DNA from: Candidatus Fermentibacterota bacterium
GTDB lineage: Bacteria > JAFGKV01
Assembly: GCA_016928395.1 (NCBI GenBank)
Contig: JAFGKV010000061.1
Coordinates: 1 to 50,662 of the forward strand
Length of the DNA stretch: 50,662 nt
Reading direction: 5' to 3'
Below the pieces are notes generated by a model. It ran no database searches and was not told the DNA's origin. It was given only the letters and a program-made list of their open reading frames with translations. The first letter of the stretch is position 1; every line of letters begins with the position of its first letter. A program made the position numbers and the translations under genes. Positions 30,125-40,376 of the stretch are shown one piece after another.

Positions 30125-30709
30125 TCAGTCTGGCGCGGAGGTTGCGGGCGTATGTATCCCCCCTCGGATGAGTTGGGAGATGTCCGTCCCTGCCCGGTTG
30201 CTGCCGATGACGCCGCCGACCACCCCCGCGATGCAGAGACCGCCCGCAGTCACCGACAGGGTGAGTTTCGGCCTGTCCCCGCTGTCGACTGCCTGAGACA
30301 CCATCGAGCAGATGCCGTACACCACCAACGAGCTGCAGATGGCACCAATCACCGCCCCTTTCGCCATGCCACGGAGGAACCCCTCATTGCTTCTTGATGC
30401 GCCAACCACCTGGATCGATTCCGTGGGCACGCTCCGGCGCGTCGTCTTAGAGACGAGACTCGGCCCGGGCACCCAGGGTTCACATGCCAGGAAGGTGCTG
30501 GTGTCCGGCCGCATTGTGAGTTGTCTCCCCTCCGCCAGTTCACCGGTGGCAGTTCGTATCCAAACATCGCGACCGCGGACTTTCCGAGCCAGTCGGGCAA
30601 GTTCAACCTCAGAGTCTGCCATGATGGCAAAGGTGCGCGATCTGGGCACACTTACGCATCCGCTCAGTGTTGTTCCGACCAGGAGCAGGCTCACGAATCC
30701 TCGCAGCAC
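30125..30709 (-). CDS. Lipoprotein with C-terminal glycine-rich hydrophobic helices
   Basis: GTG start after AAGGAGGAG; lipobox LSGC; GMAKGAVIGA and GGLCIAGVVGGVIG. Confidence 0.65.
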   Translation of the reverse strand: MLRGFVSLLLVGTTLSGCVSVPRSRTFAIMADSEVELARLARKVRGRDVWIRTATGELAEGRQLTMRPDTSTFLACEPWVPGPSLVSKTTRRSVPTESIQVVGASRSNEGFLRGMAKGAVIGAICSSLVVYGICSMVSQAVDSGDRPKLTLSVTAGGLCIAGVVGGVIGSNRAGTDISQLIRGGIHTPATSAPD

Positions 30710-30835
30710 AATCTCCTCCTTTGAGTTCATCTCTCGCGACCTGGGGAGGGTGCCCTTCCCCGAACGACGCGAGCAACTTGGCGAGTGATTCGACAGGTCA
30801 AGGGAGCCTCGCGGGGTCAACGGAGCCGCCCAGGG

Positions 30836-30998
30836 GCGGAACGTGGAATACGGAATTAGGAGTGCGAAGAACGCACATCAGTGGCGATTGGCAATCGGCA
30901 GTCACCCCGCGTCGCAGGCGGGCATCCGTCTCCGCTGAAGCTGCGACGCGAGGAGAGGGGATATTCCAGGCTCGGAGTATTATGGGCCTGGAATACTC
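30836..30998. repeat. Mosaic intergenic repeat element C
   Basis: GCGGAAC/GTGGAAT/ACGGAAT heptamers, GGCAATCGGCAGTCA (reverse complement of the TGACTGCCGA module of element A), palindrome TATTCCAGGC...GCCTGGAATA. Confidence 0.55.
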
Positions 30999-31737
30999 GA
31001 TGCCTGCCACTCTCTCCCGCGAACGGACATCGAGACCGGTGTAAGCGCGTTGGTGCAGAACGTGCGTCAAGGGGAGTAGGAGGCGTTACTTCCGGGGTGG
31101 CGCTCGGGCCCCTTGAGGATCTTGCAGCAACCAACGCAGGGCGAGTTGGCGATTTGCCAACGTGCTGAAGCCGCTGAAGCGCCTATCCCAGCCGCGCTGT
31201 GTTTCGAGTTTTTCTCTCCTCGCACGCTGTCATCTTTCGTTCCGGCTTGCGGTCCGGATTCCCGGCGCGGGGATCGGTTCGGTCAGAGCATGACTGGCCC
31301 CGCCTGCGACCGTGGGCGGGCTCAGAGGCATCGTGGGACACAGGCCCCGTTCAGAAGGAGAATCTCGTGACACGCCAACGTACCCGCTTCTTTGTGTGCA
31401 GAGCCTTGGTCCCGCACCGCCGGATGCGGGATAGTGGTTCGCAGGGAGTGCTCATCCGCTTCGCTCGATCGTGGCTGAAAGCCACTTCCACCTCTTGATC
31501 TCTAGACCCTCCCGCGTTGTGCAGCAGAGCACCCACATTCAGTTCGGCGTTCTGTGCTCGGTGGTCGGATGTTCGATGTTCATTTCGCCGTCCTGTCCAT
31601 CTCGGGCCAGGAAGCACCGGCCCCATCGGGGGATGATGGCGGGCCTCGGAGCGTGTAGGTTACATTGATCGGTGAGTGATCGTGAGTGGGCAGAAAGTGC
31701 AGTCTACTTGCCCTGGGCATACATGCGAGGTGAGGGA

Positions 31738-32532
31738 ATGGCCGGATCCGTCAAGGGTGTGATTCTCGATGTGGATGGGGTGCTGGTGTACCAGGGGCGG
31801 GTTATGGACGGCGCGATCGAGACCATTGAAGCGCTGCGGAAGCGGGAGCTCATCCTGAGGTTCCTGACGAACAGCACCCTCAAGAGCAGACGGTCCTGCG
31901 CTCAGAAGCTTCAGCGGCAGGGATTCGACATCGATCCAGGAGAGGTGATCACGGCCTCGTACGCGACCGCGGTCTACCTGGAATCCCTGCAGCCTCTCTC
32001 ATACTGGCTCATGCTGGACGGGGAGGGGCGGGATGAGTTCCCCGACGCCACGCTGGATGCCGAGAACCCCGAGTACCTGGTCGTCGGGGATAACCGTAGT
32101 TCGTTCGACTTTGAGCATTTGAATCAGGCGGTCCGCATGCTCCTCTGTGGGGCGAAGCTCATCGGCATGCAGCCAGAACAACTGGACAGCAGCATGGGGG
32201 CGACCGAGCTCAACGTGGGCGCGTGGGTCGGCATGCTGGAACGGGCCAGCGGCGTTCCCGCCACCTATGTCGGCAAGCCGAACCGCTACGTCTTCGACCT
32301 CACCCTCCAGAGCATGGATCTCCGGCCAAATGACGTACTCATGGTGGGAGATCGTCCCTCCACCGACGTGACGGGTGCTCAGGCAACGGCAATCAGATCG
32401 GTGCTCCTGCGGACCGGGGAGTACGACAAGGGTGAGATGAGCGGAATCCCGCCACCTGACTTCGTGGTGGATTCAATCCAGGAAATCGTAGACATCATCG
32501 ATGCACTGGGCGGCCAGATGATCCTGTTCTGA
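31738..32532 (+). CDS. HAD-superfamily IIA hydrolase (NagD/LHPP-like)
   Basis: DVDGVL, FLTNS, GKPN, MVGDRPSTDV, LLRTG. Confidence 0.92.
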   Translation: MAGSVKGVILDVDGVLVYQGRVMDGAIETIEALRKRELILRFLTNSTLKSRRSCAQKLQRQGFDIDPGEVITASYATAVYLESLQPLSYWLMLDGEGRDEFPDATLDAENPEYLVVGDNRSSFDFEHLNQAVRMLLCGAKLIGMQPEQLDSSMGATELNVGAWVGMLERASGVPATYVGKPNRYVFDLTLQSMDLRPNDVLMVGDRPSTDVTGAQATAIRSVLLRTGEYDKGEMSGIPPPDFVVDSIQEIVDIIDALGGQMILF

Positions 32533-32751
32533 AGGGAGCGGTGCGCACAGGCATGAAGGACAAGCCAGCGAGGATGTGCTCCGCTTCATGCCATTTCCCC
32601 CATTGACACGAGTGCGGCCACCCGGCGCTCCTGGTGACTCGGCACAGCGTGGTCATACCGTTCGATTGTGGTGGTCGATCAGTGGTGGGAGCGGCCGGCC
32701 GCTCCTACCCGCAGCGTGCTGGATCACAAGAGCCCACGAGACTACAAGAAC

Positions 32752-33642
32752 TCAATGCACGACGATCACGCCCGTCGACGCCGCCTCGTTCCCAACGTTC
32801 ACCAGGCAGATGAAGACGCCGGAGGGAGTACCGGAGCAATCCCATCGAAGCCGGTGGATTTCCTGTGGCAATGTGCCGCGGTGTCGCGAGGTGATGAGCC
32901 GGCCGTCCCGGTAGAGGAATTGGTAGTTCTCGTAGCCCTGGCGGAAGACTGGGTCTCCCGAAAACAGCGTCACCTCGCCTGGCAGATCAATCAACTCGCC
33001 TGTCCACCCGTTGAACGACCGGAAGACAAGAGTGCTGCCCGTGATGTCGCGAATCTCACCGGCCATGTAGATGGTGTTGCCGGGGTTCGTCTCGATCATC
33101 GGCACGTAGAGGCTATTGGTTTCCCCCGCAGGCAATGGCTCTCACCAGATACCCGCTCCTATTCCGCCCTGGTCGTACTTGAAACCCACGGATGGAGGCG
33201 TAGAGCCCGAGAAGACAACCTGTGAATACCACCGCCCCGCAGAATCGGACCAGAAGGTACTCGGGCACGCATCTCGCACCGTGCCCTGCCCCCCAGCGTC
33301 GTGAACATCCTCTCTCACCCACAGGGAGGGATCATCGAAGTGGCTCTCCGGAAAGACCGCAGTCCGAACAGCGCCTTCCACGCTGCCGTAGCCGAGGAAG
33401 AACGTTGGATCGCCGTGGAGGCAGCCCGCTGAGGCGAGGACCGCCTGCTTCGGCATGAACGAGTACTGCTGGGCGGAGATCATGGTGTCCACACGCACAC
33501 GGTCGAACTCATCGGTGCATGTGAAAGGCGCCACGGAAGCCAGCATGGGGGAACGAGCGTCACCCCATCGCGAAACCGGCGGCGCAGGTGTGAATGCGGC
33601 GGCGGAAGCCGCAGCGAGGAGAATGACGATACACGTCCGCAT
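32752..33642 (-). pseudogene. Secreted protein with FlgD/T9SS-like C-terminal tail, split by an in-frame TGA
   Basis: ORFs 33142-33642 and 32752-33135 are in one frame, separated by TGA at 33142-33144. Signal peptide at the start; C-terminal DGRLI..HRLRWD..SGVFICLV. Confidence 0.65.
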
Positions 33643-34055
33643 GGCTACCCCCTCTCTCATGTGGTGCCGATGCGCAGGGATTCAGCCACAGGGCATACGC
33701 GCATGCCCTGTTACGCTCCATAAGGTCAGTTGGGCAAGACCGGAGCGCAATCCTCGTCTGAAGGAGATCGCCAGATAGCGCGGGGGGGCGTGTCTCGATC
33801 CCGGCGGACTCCGCCGCCGAGTTGCGCCTCTCGCGAGACCGTTCCATCACGGGGTCGGGGCGAAGCCCGACCCTCCAGAAGACAGACGGAACAACCCACA
33901 TGGCAGCGATGGAGGCACGACCTCCGTGCCGTCCGCAGGAGTTCTGCGAGAACCTCAGTTGTAACCTTCTGGGCGCAGATTGCGTCTATTCGGGTGGTGG
34001 ACGGCATTGATCGCGACACGCCCGTGTCTGGCGGGCCCATCCGGAGGTAGACTAC

Positions 34056-34571
34056 ATGAACAACCAAGCTCTCCCGCCATGGCGTAAAGCCGCCATTGGT
34101 GCGATGGCCCTCATCCTCACCACTGGCCTTCTCACCAGTGTAGATGCCGCCAGAGGCCGGCACCACGATGGAGACCGGGGCCGAGGACGTCCCTTCGGTG
34201 AGTTCCTGCGGGGGATGGCGGGGCTCGATCTCTCCCGGGAGCAGAAAGAAGCGATTCGCGACATCATCAAAGACAAACGATCATCGATCCGACCGCTCAT
34301 GGAGCGGATGCGAGAGGCGCGTATGGCGATGCAGGATGCCATCACGGCGGATCCCGTCGATGAAGCATTGATCCGCCAGAAAGCCCAGGCAATGGCCGAT
34401 GCGGGAGTCGACCTGGCGGTCCTGCGCGCGCAGATCGGGGCGAAGGTCCGTGGCGTGTTGACTGAGGAGCAGCGTGAACGGGTGAAGGAACTCCGTGAAC
34501 GTCGGAAAGAGCGGGGCCGCGCACGAGCAGCGGCCGCGCGGGCCTATTTCGAAGCGATGTCGGAGGAGTAG
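34056..34571 (+). CDS. Spy/CpxP-family periplasmic chaperone
   Basis: Signal peptide; LDLSREQK and VLTEEQR (LTxxQ motifs). Confidence 0.88.
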   Translation: MNNQALPPWRKAAIGAMALILTTGLLTSVDAARGRHHDGDRGRGRPFGEFLRGMAGLDLSREQKEAIRDIIKDKRSSIRPLMERMREARMAMQDAITADPVDEALIRQKAQAMADAGVDLAVLRAQIGAKVRGVLTEEQRERVKELRERRKERGRARAAAARAYFEAMSEE

Positions 34572-34592
34572 CCCGCGGTCCCTTGGGAGCAG

Positions 34593-35173
34593 TATGACAA
34601 GGGTCGAATGTGGGCAATGGTGAAGCGGAACGTGCCGATCCGGAGCTGGTCAGGCGCGAACGAAGGCGATGAAGCCGCCTATGACTCGATCGTGCGCCGC
34701 GAACAGAGAGCCATCCGGTCCGCTGCCGCCCGGTTTCTCGATTCGCCCAATGATGTTGATCGTGCGCAGGACTGCTTTGTACAGGCCTATGAGAAGCTCA
34801 AAGGCTACCGCGGCAGGGGTTCTCTGGAGGGATGGCTGCGCCGCATCGCCGTCCGTCTGTGTTATGACCGGCTGCACGCCGCCGCCCGAACTCGTGTGGT
34901 CTCGAACGGGCTGCATGACGCAGAACTGGAGCATTTGGGCGCGGCGGTTGTGCCAGCCGCGGCGACCATGCGGAAGAGCTAGCCATGCGGGATCTTGCTC
35001 AGCGCTTTCTCGTCCACTTGAAACCCTCGGATCGTCTGGTCCTAACACTCCATGTGGTCGAGGGGTACTCCCTCAAGGAAATCGCTGCAATGACCGGCTG
35101 GAGCCCCAATCTGGTACGGGTCCGCGCCCATCGCGCCAGAGAACTCCGTGGGGAGCAAGTCTTGGATCTATGA
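34593..35173 (+). pseudogene. Frameshifted ECF sigma factor
   Basis: Region 2 (GDEAAYDSIV..AQDCFVQAY..GWLRRIAVRLCYD) and region 4 (DRLVLTLHVVEGYSLKEIA..VRVRAHRAR) are in different frames; the upstream ADPELVRR segment is also frameshifted relative to region 2. Confidence 0.8.
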
Positions 35174-35177
35174 TCTC

Positions 35178-35307
35178 GGGGCGAAATCAAGCCTGCCGCT
35201 CGGGGTGCCAGAGGCCGGTCTAACCGGCGCACGGGACGTTGGGGAGCCGCCGGATAACTGGCGAGGGGGAGCGAATGGAAGAGTCGTACGGTGAAGGAGT
35301 AGCCAAC
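35178..35307 (+). mobile_element. Probable truncated 5' fragment of a group II intron
   Basis: GAAATCAAGCCTGCCGCTCGGGGTGCCAGAGG..CTAACC..ATGGAAGAGTCGTACGGTGAAGGAGTAGCCAAC resembles bacterial group II intron 5' regions (recalled, not searched). No RT ORF follows. Confidence 0.45.
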
Positions 35308-35706
35308 GTGATGCTCGGCGCGGGGACGTGCCGGTACACGCGGCATGCGACCCACGCTGGCCCATCACTACGGTCCCCACTGGTGAACCGCCAGCCATTC
35401 CGGATTGGAGCCTTGCAGCGGAGCGACACCTTTGATCGCTCCTCAAGCACAGCGGCCGGAATCCGGTTTGAGTGCATAGGTGTAGCGGCGGCAGATCAGC
35501 CAGCGCTTGGCCACGCTCAATGCGAATGCGAGAGTGACATCCGGAGCCGAGCTATTGACGGCGAAGAACCCCCGCGTTTCTTCGTCTCCAACTACACGTC
35601 AACCGGGGCTGGCTTGAGACCGCCGCACGTCCACCCCAGGCGGTAACTGCACTGTGGTCAGAGCACATGGGCGTCCACAGCTCGCGTGTGCAGCCGGCCT
35701 TCCCGA

Positions 35707-35771
35707 CGGCATCCCCGTCCACATTTTCGAAGTGGTTCCCACTCATCTGCTCCTACGCTCCAATCCCAGTA
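35707..35771 (+). repeat. 65-bp direct repeat, copy 1
   Basis: Matches 38810-38874 with 3 mismatches. Confidence 0.9.
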
Positions 35772-35896
35772 GCCGATTCTGCTGAAAAAGCCCCATTCGC
35801 GCCGAGGAAGGCCCCGAACGTGGTGGTCGTTTTGGTCTCCTCGACTCGAGATCGCAGGGCCCGGCCCCGCGTCGGGCCCTCGTACCTGCGTCTCCC

Positions 35897-36553
35897 CTAT
35901 TCTGCCCCGCCATGAGCGAACGCCGCCCGTGCATTCCCGATAGCGTAGAGCACAGGACTGACTGCATCCCTCAGACTGTCGCCGTCCCTCACGGCTTTCT
36001 GGGCAATCGGAGTAATGGTCTCGACTCCTTTAGGCGTGAGGTCGTTCGAGAGGTACGTATGGATTTCTCTGATGTCGGACATGTAGGCGGTGAACGCGCC
36101 CTTCACTCCCACGCTTGCCTCGGGTACCTTGGCGAAGATTGCACTCAAATCGGCGCGACGCTGCTCACTGAGGGCTCGGATCTCCGGGTTCTTGTACGTG
36201 TTCCCCTCCTTCCGCCACTCCTCGAAGTAGTCCTTGCCCTGAGCGCTCATCTTGTCGGCGTGGTCGAACAACCGCTCCCCCAGGGTCTCCATCTTGTCGA
36301 CGCTGGCGGAAAATTGCTTGAAAGCCTTCTTTACATCGGCCTGGCCAGGCCTGATGAGATCTTCGAGCGCCGCCTTTGTGGCATCGACCTGTGCAATTGC
36401 TTGATTAAGGTCGCGTTCCACGGCCTTCATGCTGGCGCCGGTTCTTTCGGATCGCTGCATTCCGGTGCTTGCGCAGCCGCTCAGGCATATAACAACTCCT
36501 AGCACTAACAACGCTGAACCGATGACTGTTCCAGAGTGAACCCTGATTCTCAT
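35897..36553 (-). CDS. Helical lipoprotein (DUF2959-like)
   Basis: RBS AAGGAG; lipobox LSGC; YFEEW and YLSNDLTPKG motifs. Confidence 0.75.
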   Translation of the reverse strand: MRIRVHSGTVIGSALLVLGVVICLSGCASTGMQRSERTGASMKAVERDLNQAIAQVDATKAALEDLIRPGQADVKKAFKQFSASVDKMETLGERLFDHADKMSAQGKDYFEEWRKEGNTYKNPEIRALSEQRRADLSAIFAKVPEASVGVKGAFTAYMSDIREIHTYLSNDLTPKGVETITPIAQKAVRDGDSLRDAVSPVLYAIGNARAAFAHGGAE

Positions 36554-36719
36554 TGCACTCTCCTTAATTGACTCATGATGTCATGATGCGGAAGCCGATG
36601 TACTACTGCCACATATCGCACACGCCTGACCGACGGATCGTGGCGGCAGCGGCCATCGAGCTGCTCTTCGGCTACTCGAAACGAGGCTCCTGAGCAACGC
36701 CATAGGCACACCGCAATGC

Positions 36720-36899
36720 CTACTTCCCAAACACATTCTTGACTTTCCCAACCTCTTCTTGAACCCTGCCGGTTATCTCTTCGTCTTTCCCTTCGACTTC
36801 CAGTTCAGGATTGTCGCCGAGTCTTCCGGCGACCTGCTTGAGTTTGCCTTTCACTTTGTGTAACCTTCCATTGACTTTGTCCTCTGTGCTTGACTTCAC
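36720..36899 (-). CDS. CsbD family general stress protein (59 aa, missed by the ORF track)
   Basis: GTG start after AGGAGG; MKSSTEDKVNGRLHKVKGKLKQVAGRLGDNPELEVEGKDEEITGRVQEEVGKVKNVFGK. Confidence 0.88.
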   Translation of the reverse strand: MKSSTEDKVNGRLHKVKGKLKQVAGRLGDNPELEVEGKDEEITGRVQEEVGKVKNVFGK

Positions 36900-37078
36900 T
36901 GTACTCTCCTCCTATCGGTTCTTGAGTTGCTGCGTGGTCTTGCCCTCTCCGACCATCATCTGACCCTTCACGATTCCACTGCCTCCTTTCTGCGTGTACT
37001 CCGCTGCGCCTCTGCACCGGGCCTACCTGTCGACGCCGCTCCGGGCGGAACGCCCCATCGCTCTCCGGCGCCTCACGT

Positions 37079-37578
37079 CTAGTGGTGCTCCCATTTCTCC
37101 TCCCCCGTAGGGTGGGGTGTGCGGCCCTGCTGGCCGCCCATCTTCACAAGCGGGCAGTCAAACATGACCTGCGTCGCGCCTGTCGTGGTGCGCGAATTGA
37201 CGTGACGCATCGCGTGCGCCCTCATCACGGCATGCATTCCCATCATTGTGGAACGCATGTCCATGCGCTGAACGGCCAACTCGTTGATGACGGCCGCCAC
37301 TGGCTTCTCCACGGCGCCGGCTTTCTGGGTGGCCCCGGCAGTGTTCATCTCCGCGACAAGCTTGACCAAAGTAGCGCCCATGACCTGGAGCCTGGCCTTT
37401 ACTTCCTGGATCTTGGCCATCATGGCCTGACACTCCGCCCCCATGCCGCGTTCATGCTGGTCACCCATCACGCTCCTGAAGGGCTCTTGGCGGCCGAGGT
37501 AGGTGCGTGCGCAACCACGCCTACGGCCCGGAGCGCAGTAGGAAGCGCCAAGCATTCAGCGATCCTTCTCATCATCAT
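37079..37578 (-). pseudogene. Frameshifted Met/His-rich exported helical protein
   Basis: RBS AAGGAG and ATG 37578 give a signal-like MMMRRIAECLAL..; the Met-rich body (CQAMM..MRSTMMGMH..CPLVKM) is in another frame. Confidence 0.5.
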
Positions 37579-38123
37579 GTGGAGCTCCTTCCATGGTTCC
37601 GTCTCCCACCTCGCATTTCGTGTGCCACTTCCTCTGCCGGCTCGGGGGACTTCTTGCCCCCACGCCTCCGCACGGCTGTGACAGCATTCCGGCCACCAAT
37701 GAGTCGTGGATACGCTCACGCCCCTGCTGCGTAGGCAGCTCCGGTCGAAGTGCGTGGTCAATCAGAATGAAAGATGATCACGTTCAATTGGAGGGAGGAG
37801 GATCGACGATGCGCGCCGATGTTCTTCATCACAAGGAGCGGCTGGAACCCGACCCGGAATGAGGGGTGATCCGCTATTGGCGTCTGCCAGAATGCCTGCG
37901 TGCCTGCCCGGCGAGGGCGAGTGTTTCAGGAATCAGGGTCCGAGACTGCCCCGCTCTTCGATTCACCTGCTGTGCGAGGAATGCTCCCTGCGGACTATGA
38001 AAGGACCCGGCAGGCCGCCTGCAGACCGTCCGCGGCTTCCGAGATGATCCCCCTCCACATGTAGGTCGGACAAACGAGTTCGGAGCGTCCTATGCGGGGT
38101 CTCTCATGATCCCGACACGATCC

Positions 38124-38160
38124 TTGACCTTGTCTGCAGTATTCTGTACACTCATGTACA
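38124..38160 (+). promoter_or_regulatory. TA operon promoter and operator
   Basis: TTGACC-17 nt-TACACT, overlapped by the palindrome TGTACA-N4-TGTACA (38145-38160). Confidence 0.8.
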
Positions 38161-38175
38161 AAAGGAGTGTGATCT

Positions 38176-38406
38176 ATGAGGAATGTCACGTTCACTGAGT
38201 TCAGGAGGAATGCGTCCGTGCTCCTCTCCGATGTCGAGGGCGGTGACGTGCTGGTCGTCATCCGGCATGGTAGGCCCATCGCCGAGGTCTCGCCGGTGAC
38301 CTCAGCCCTCCCGGCATGGAAGCAGCCCGCCTTGCGGCTTGCGACGAAGGGGGCGGGGCTGGCTGCGGCGATTCTGGGAGAGCGGGTGGATGAGAACGTT
38401 CTTTGA
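38176..38406 (+). CDS. Phd/YefM family antitoxin
   Basis: VTFTEFRRNASVLLSDVEGG..VIRHGRPIA. Confidence 0.9.
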   Translation: MRNVTFTEFRRNASVLLSDVEGGDVLVVIRHGRPIAEVSPVTSALPAWKQPALRLATKGAGLAAAILGERVDENVL

Positions 38407-38803
38407 CTCCTCAGCTTTCGCGAAGAGGTATGTGAATGAGGAGGGAAGCAATCTCGTTGAGCTGCTCTGCGCCGATGCCGCGGCTCTGGCTCTCTCCGTC
38501 ATCTGTGTTCCGGAGATCATTTCTGCCCTTAATCGTCGTGTGCGCGAGGGAGTGCTTTCCAGGCGCCAGTACCGCGAGGTGAAGGTGCGGCTGTCGGCGG
38601 AAGTGACCGATGCCATTGTTGTGAACCTTGTTCCCGCCGTAGTCGCGGAGGCGGTCAGGGTTCTCGAGACCAATGCGGTACGTACCTCCGACGCACTGCA
38701 CATCGCCTGTGCACTGCAGTGGCACGCTGAGCTCTTCGTTTCGTCTGACGACCGTCAACTGCTGGCCGCGCAAGGGGTCGGACTCAGTACCAAGAAGGTG
38801 TGA
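38390..38803 (+). CDS. VapC PIN-domain toxin
   Basis: FFDSSAFAKRY..E..EIISAL..RTSDALHIA..FVSSDDRQ. Confidence 0.9.
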   Translation: MRTFFDSSAFAKRYVNEEGSNLVELLCADAAALALSVICVPEIISALNRRVREGVLSRRQYREVKVRLSAEVTDAIVVNLVPAVVAEAVRVLETNAVRTSDALHIACALQWHAELFVSSDDRQLLAAQGVGLSTKKV

Positions 38804-38809
38804 GGCGAC

Positions 38810-38874
38810 CGGCATCCCCGTCCGCATTTTCGAAGTGGTTCCCACTCATCTGCTCCTACGCTCAAATCCCAATA
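38810..38874 (+). repeat. 65-bp direct repeat, copy 2
   Basis: Matches 35707-35771. Confidence 0.9.
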
Positions 38875-39269
38875 AGCAACGCCTGACCGCGCGACCGCCC
38901 TATCCGTCAACGCCTCCTCTGGGCCTCCCCCCCATGGCATGTCGTCGAACTGCGTGCCGCGGGTCTGGGGAGAGGGGGAGAGCTGGCGGACGGGTTGAGG
39001 GGTCATCCGCAGCCGGAGGCAATACATGAACTCAACGCCTCGATAGATCTGGGGACCCAACTAGAATCTCAACGTGTGAGGAGAGGAAGCTGTGCGCACG
39101 GACGGAGCCCGCTCTCACTGATGAGAGATAACTTGACAGTTCACCAACGTGCCGTGCGCCGTCATACTGTCGCTCCCGCAGCAACCGGTTGGCCTTCGAG
39201 GCACCGTGCGAAAGCAGCAAATCTCAGCCCCGGCGAAGGCAGAAGCACGCCGGCTCAGGAAGGAGCGTC

Positions 39270-39869
39270 ATGATGTTCAGGCGGGTCATTATTGTCCTGG
39301 CTGTCGTGTTGGTTCTGTTCGCGGCCGTCGGCCTGATCCTGCCGAGGAACTTCCATCTCACTCGAAGCGTCAGCATCCAGGCCCACCCAATGCGGGTGAT
39401 CAATTGTCTTGTCACACTGGATCGCTGGGAAGCATGGTGGCCCTGGGATCGACTCAACGCGGGCAATCGTCTTGAGGTGAATCAACTTGAGGCGGGTGGG
39501 GAGAGGGCGCCGACCGGGGCGGCGATATCCTGGAGTGGTCGTCCCGCTCCGGGCAGCCTTGTCCTCACGCAGACATCCCTGGCCGGCATCGAATACGATC
39601 TGTACTTCAATGCCAACACTCGACCAGACAAGGGTGCATTTGACATTCGTGCGTCCGACCGGGGAACCGAGCTTACTTGGCGCGTGGACGGCCATTTCGA
39701 GACTCCGGTCGTCGGCGGCTACTTCGCACTTCTTGCCGACGCCATGCACGGAGGGGCGGTGGCATGGGGCCTACGCAACATCAAGGACTTGGCCGAAAGC
39801 GACGACTCAGAATTGATTCTCTACTACCAGGACGAGCAGGGGAAGGAGGTCACCGGGAAGATCGAATAG
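39270..39869 (+). CDS. SRPBCC (START-like) family protein with N-terminal TM
   Basis: RSVSIQA..WEAWWPW..GTELTW..GLRNIKDLAE; RBS AAGGAG. Confidence 0.82.
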   Translation: MMFRRVIIVLAVVLVLFAAVGLILPRNFHLTRSVSIQAHPMRVINCLVTLDRWEAWWPWDRLNAGNRLEVNQLEAGGERAPTGAAISWSGRPAPGSLVLTQTSLAGIEYDLYFNANTRPDKGAFDIRASDRGTELTWRVDGHFETPVVGGYFALLADAMHGGAVAWGLRNIKDLAESDDSELILYYQDEQGKEVTGKIE

Positions 39870-40376
39870 CGCCACGGACGGTGCTTCCGACCACGATGTC
39901 TGCGGCGAAACACGGGTATTGCTGTACAGCGCGATGCCCCAGGCACCCCGCCAGAAGGCGAACCAGAAGTCACCATTGATGGGAGGCCTAGAGACGTTCA
40001 GGAAATTGGGGCTTGTCACTTCCCGGCCCGGGGGCAGCCCCATGGGGTCAGAGTACCAGGAGAGAGCCGAACGAATGCGGATCTCGGAGTGCGGAATGCG
40101 GAGTTTCGGGGCAGCGACGGAGCCTATTGCGCGTTGTGGCCAAGGATCTCCTCCGTTCCGGCGCGCGCCGGTGTTTGAACTCCATCCCGATCAGGACTTC
40201 TGCTCTCGGCGCGCGCTGTCACCGAGCCCTGATAGTGGCGGTGGCCGGCCCTCTCCGTATGCCTGACCGTGGCAACCTGGTCTGATGAGATCTCTGGGTG
40301 ATCCCAGGATCAACGTGCCCTCACGCTATCCTCCGCTCTCAGATGGGGCGTAGGAGTATTTTCATAAAGGAGTTCC

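Noticed and set aside
35202-35211. GGGGTGCCAG matching the tRNA-Glu 3' end as a possible attR
   Set aside because: Only 10 bp, GC-rich, and inside the intron-like fragment; no integrase is present.
37809-37862. 17-aa ORF with strong RBS (GGAGGGAGGAGG)
   Set aside because: Too short to support as a gene; possibly a gene remnant.
39133-39168. TTGACA...CATACT promoter for the SRPBCC gene
   Set aside because: The 24-nt spacer is too long.
40073-40105. GCGGAAT heptamer run (also GTTCGAT-like run near 31542-31582)
   Set aside because: Too short for a separate call; treated as isolated modules of the mosaic repeat family.
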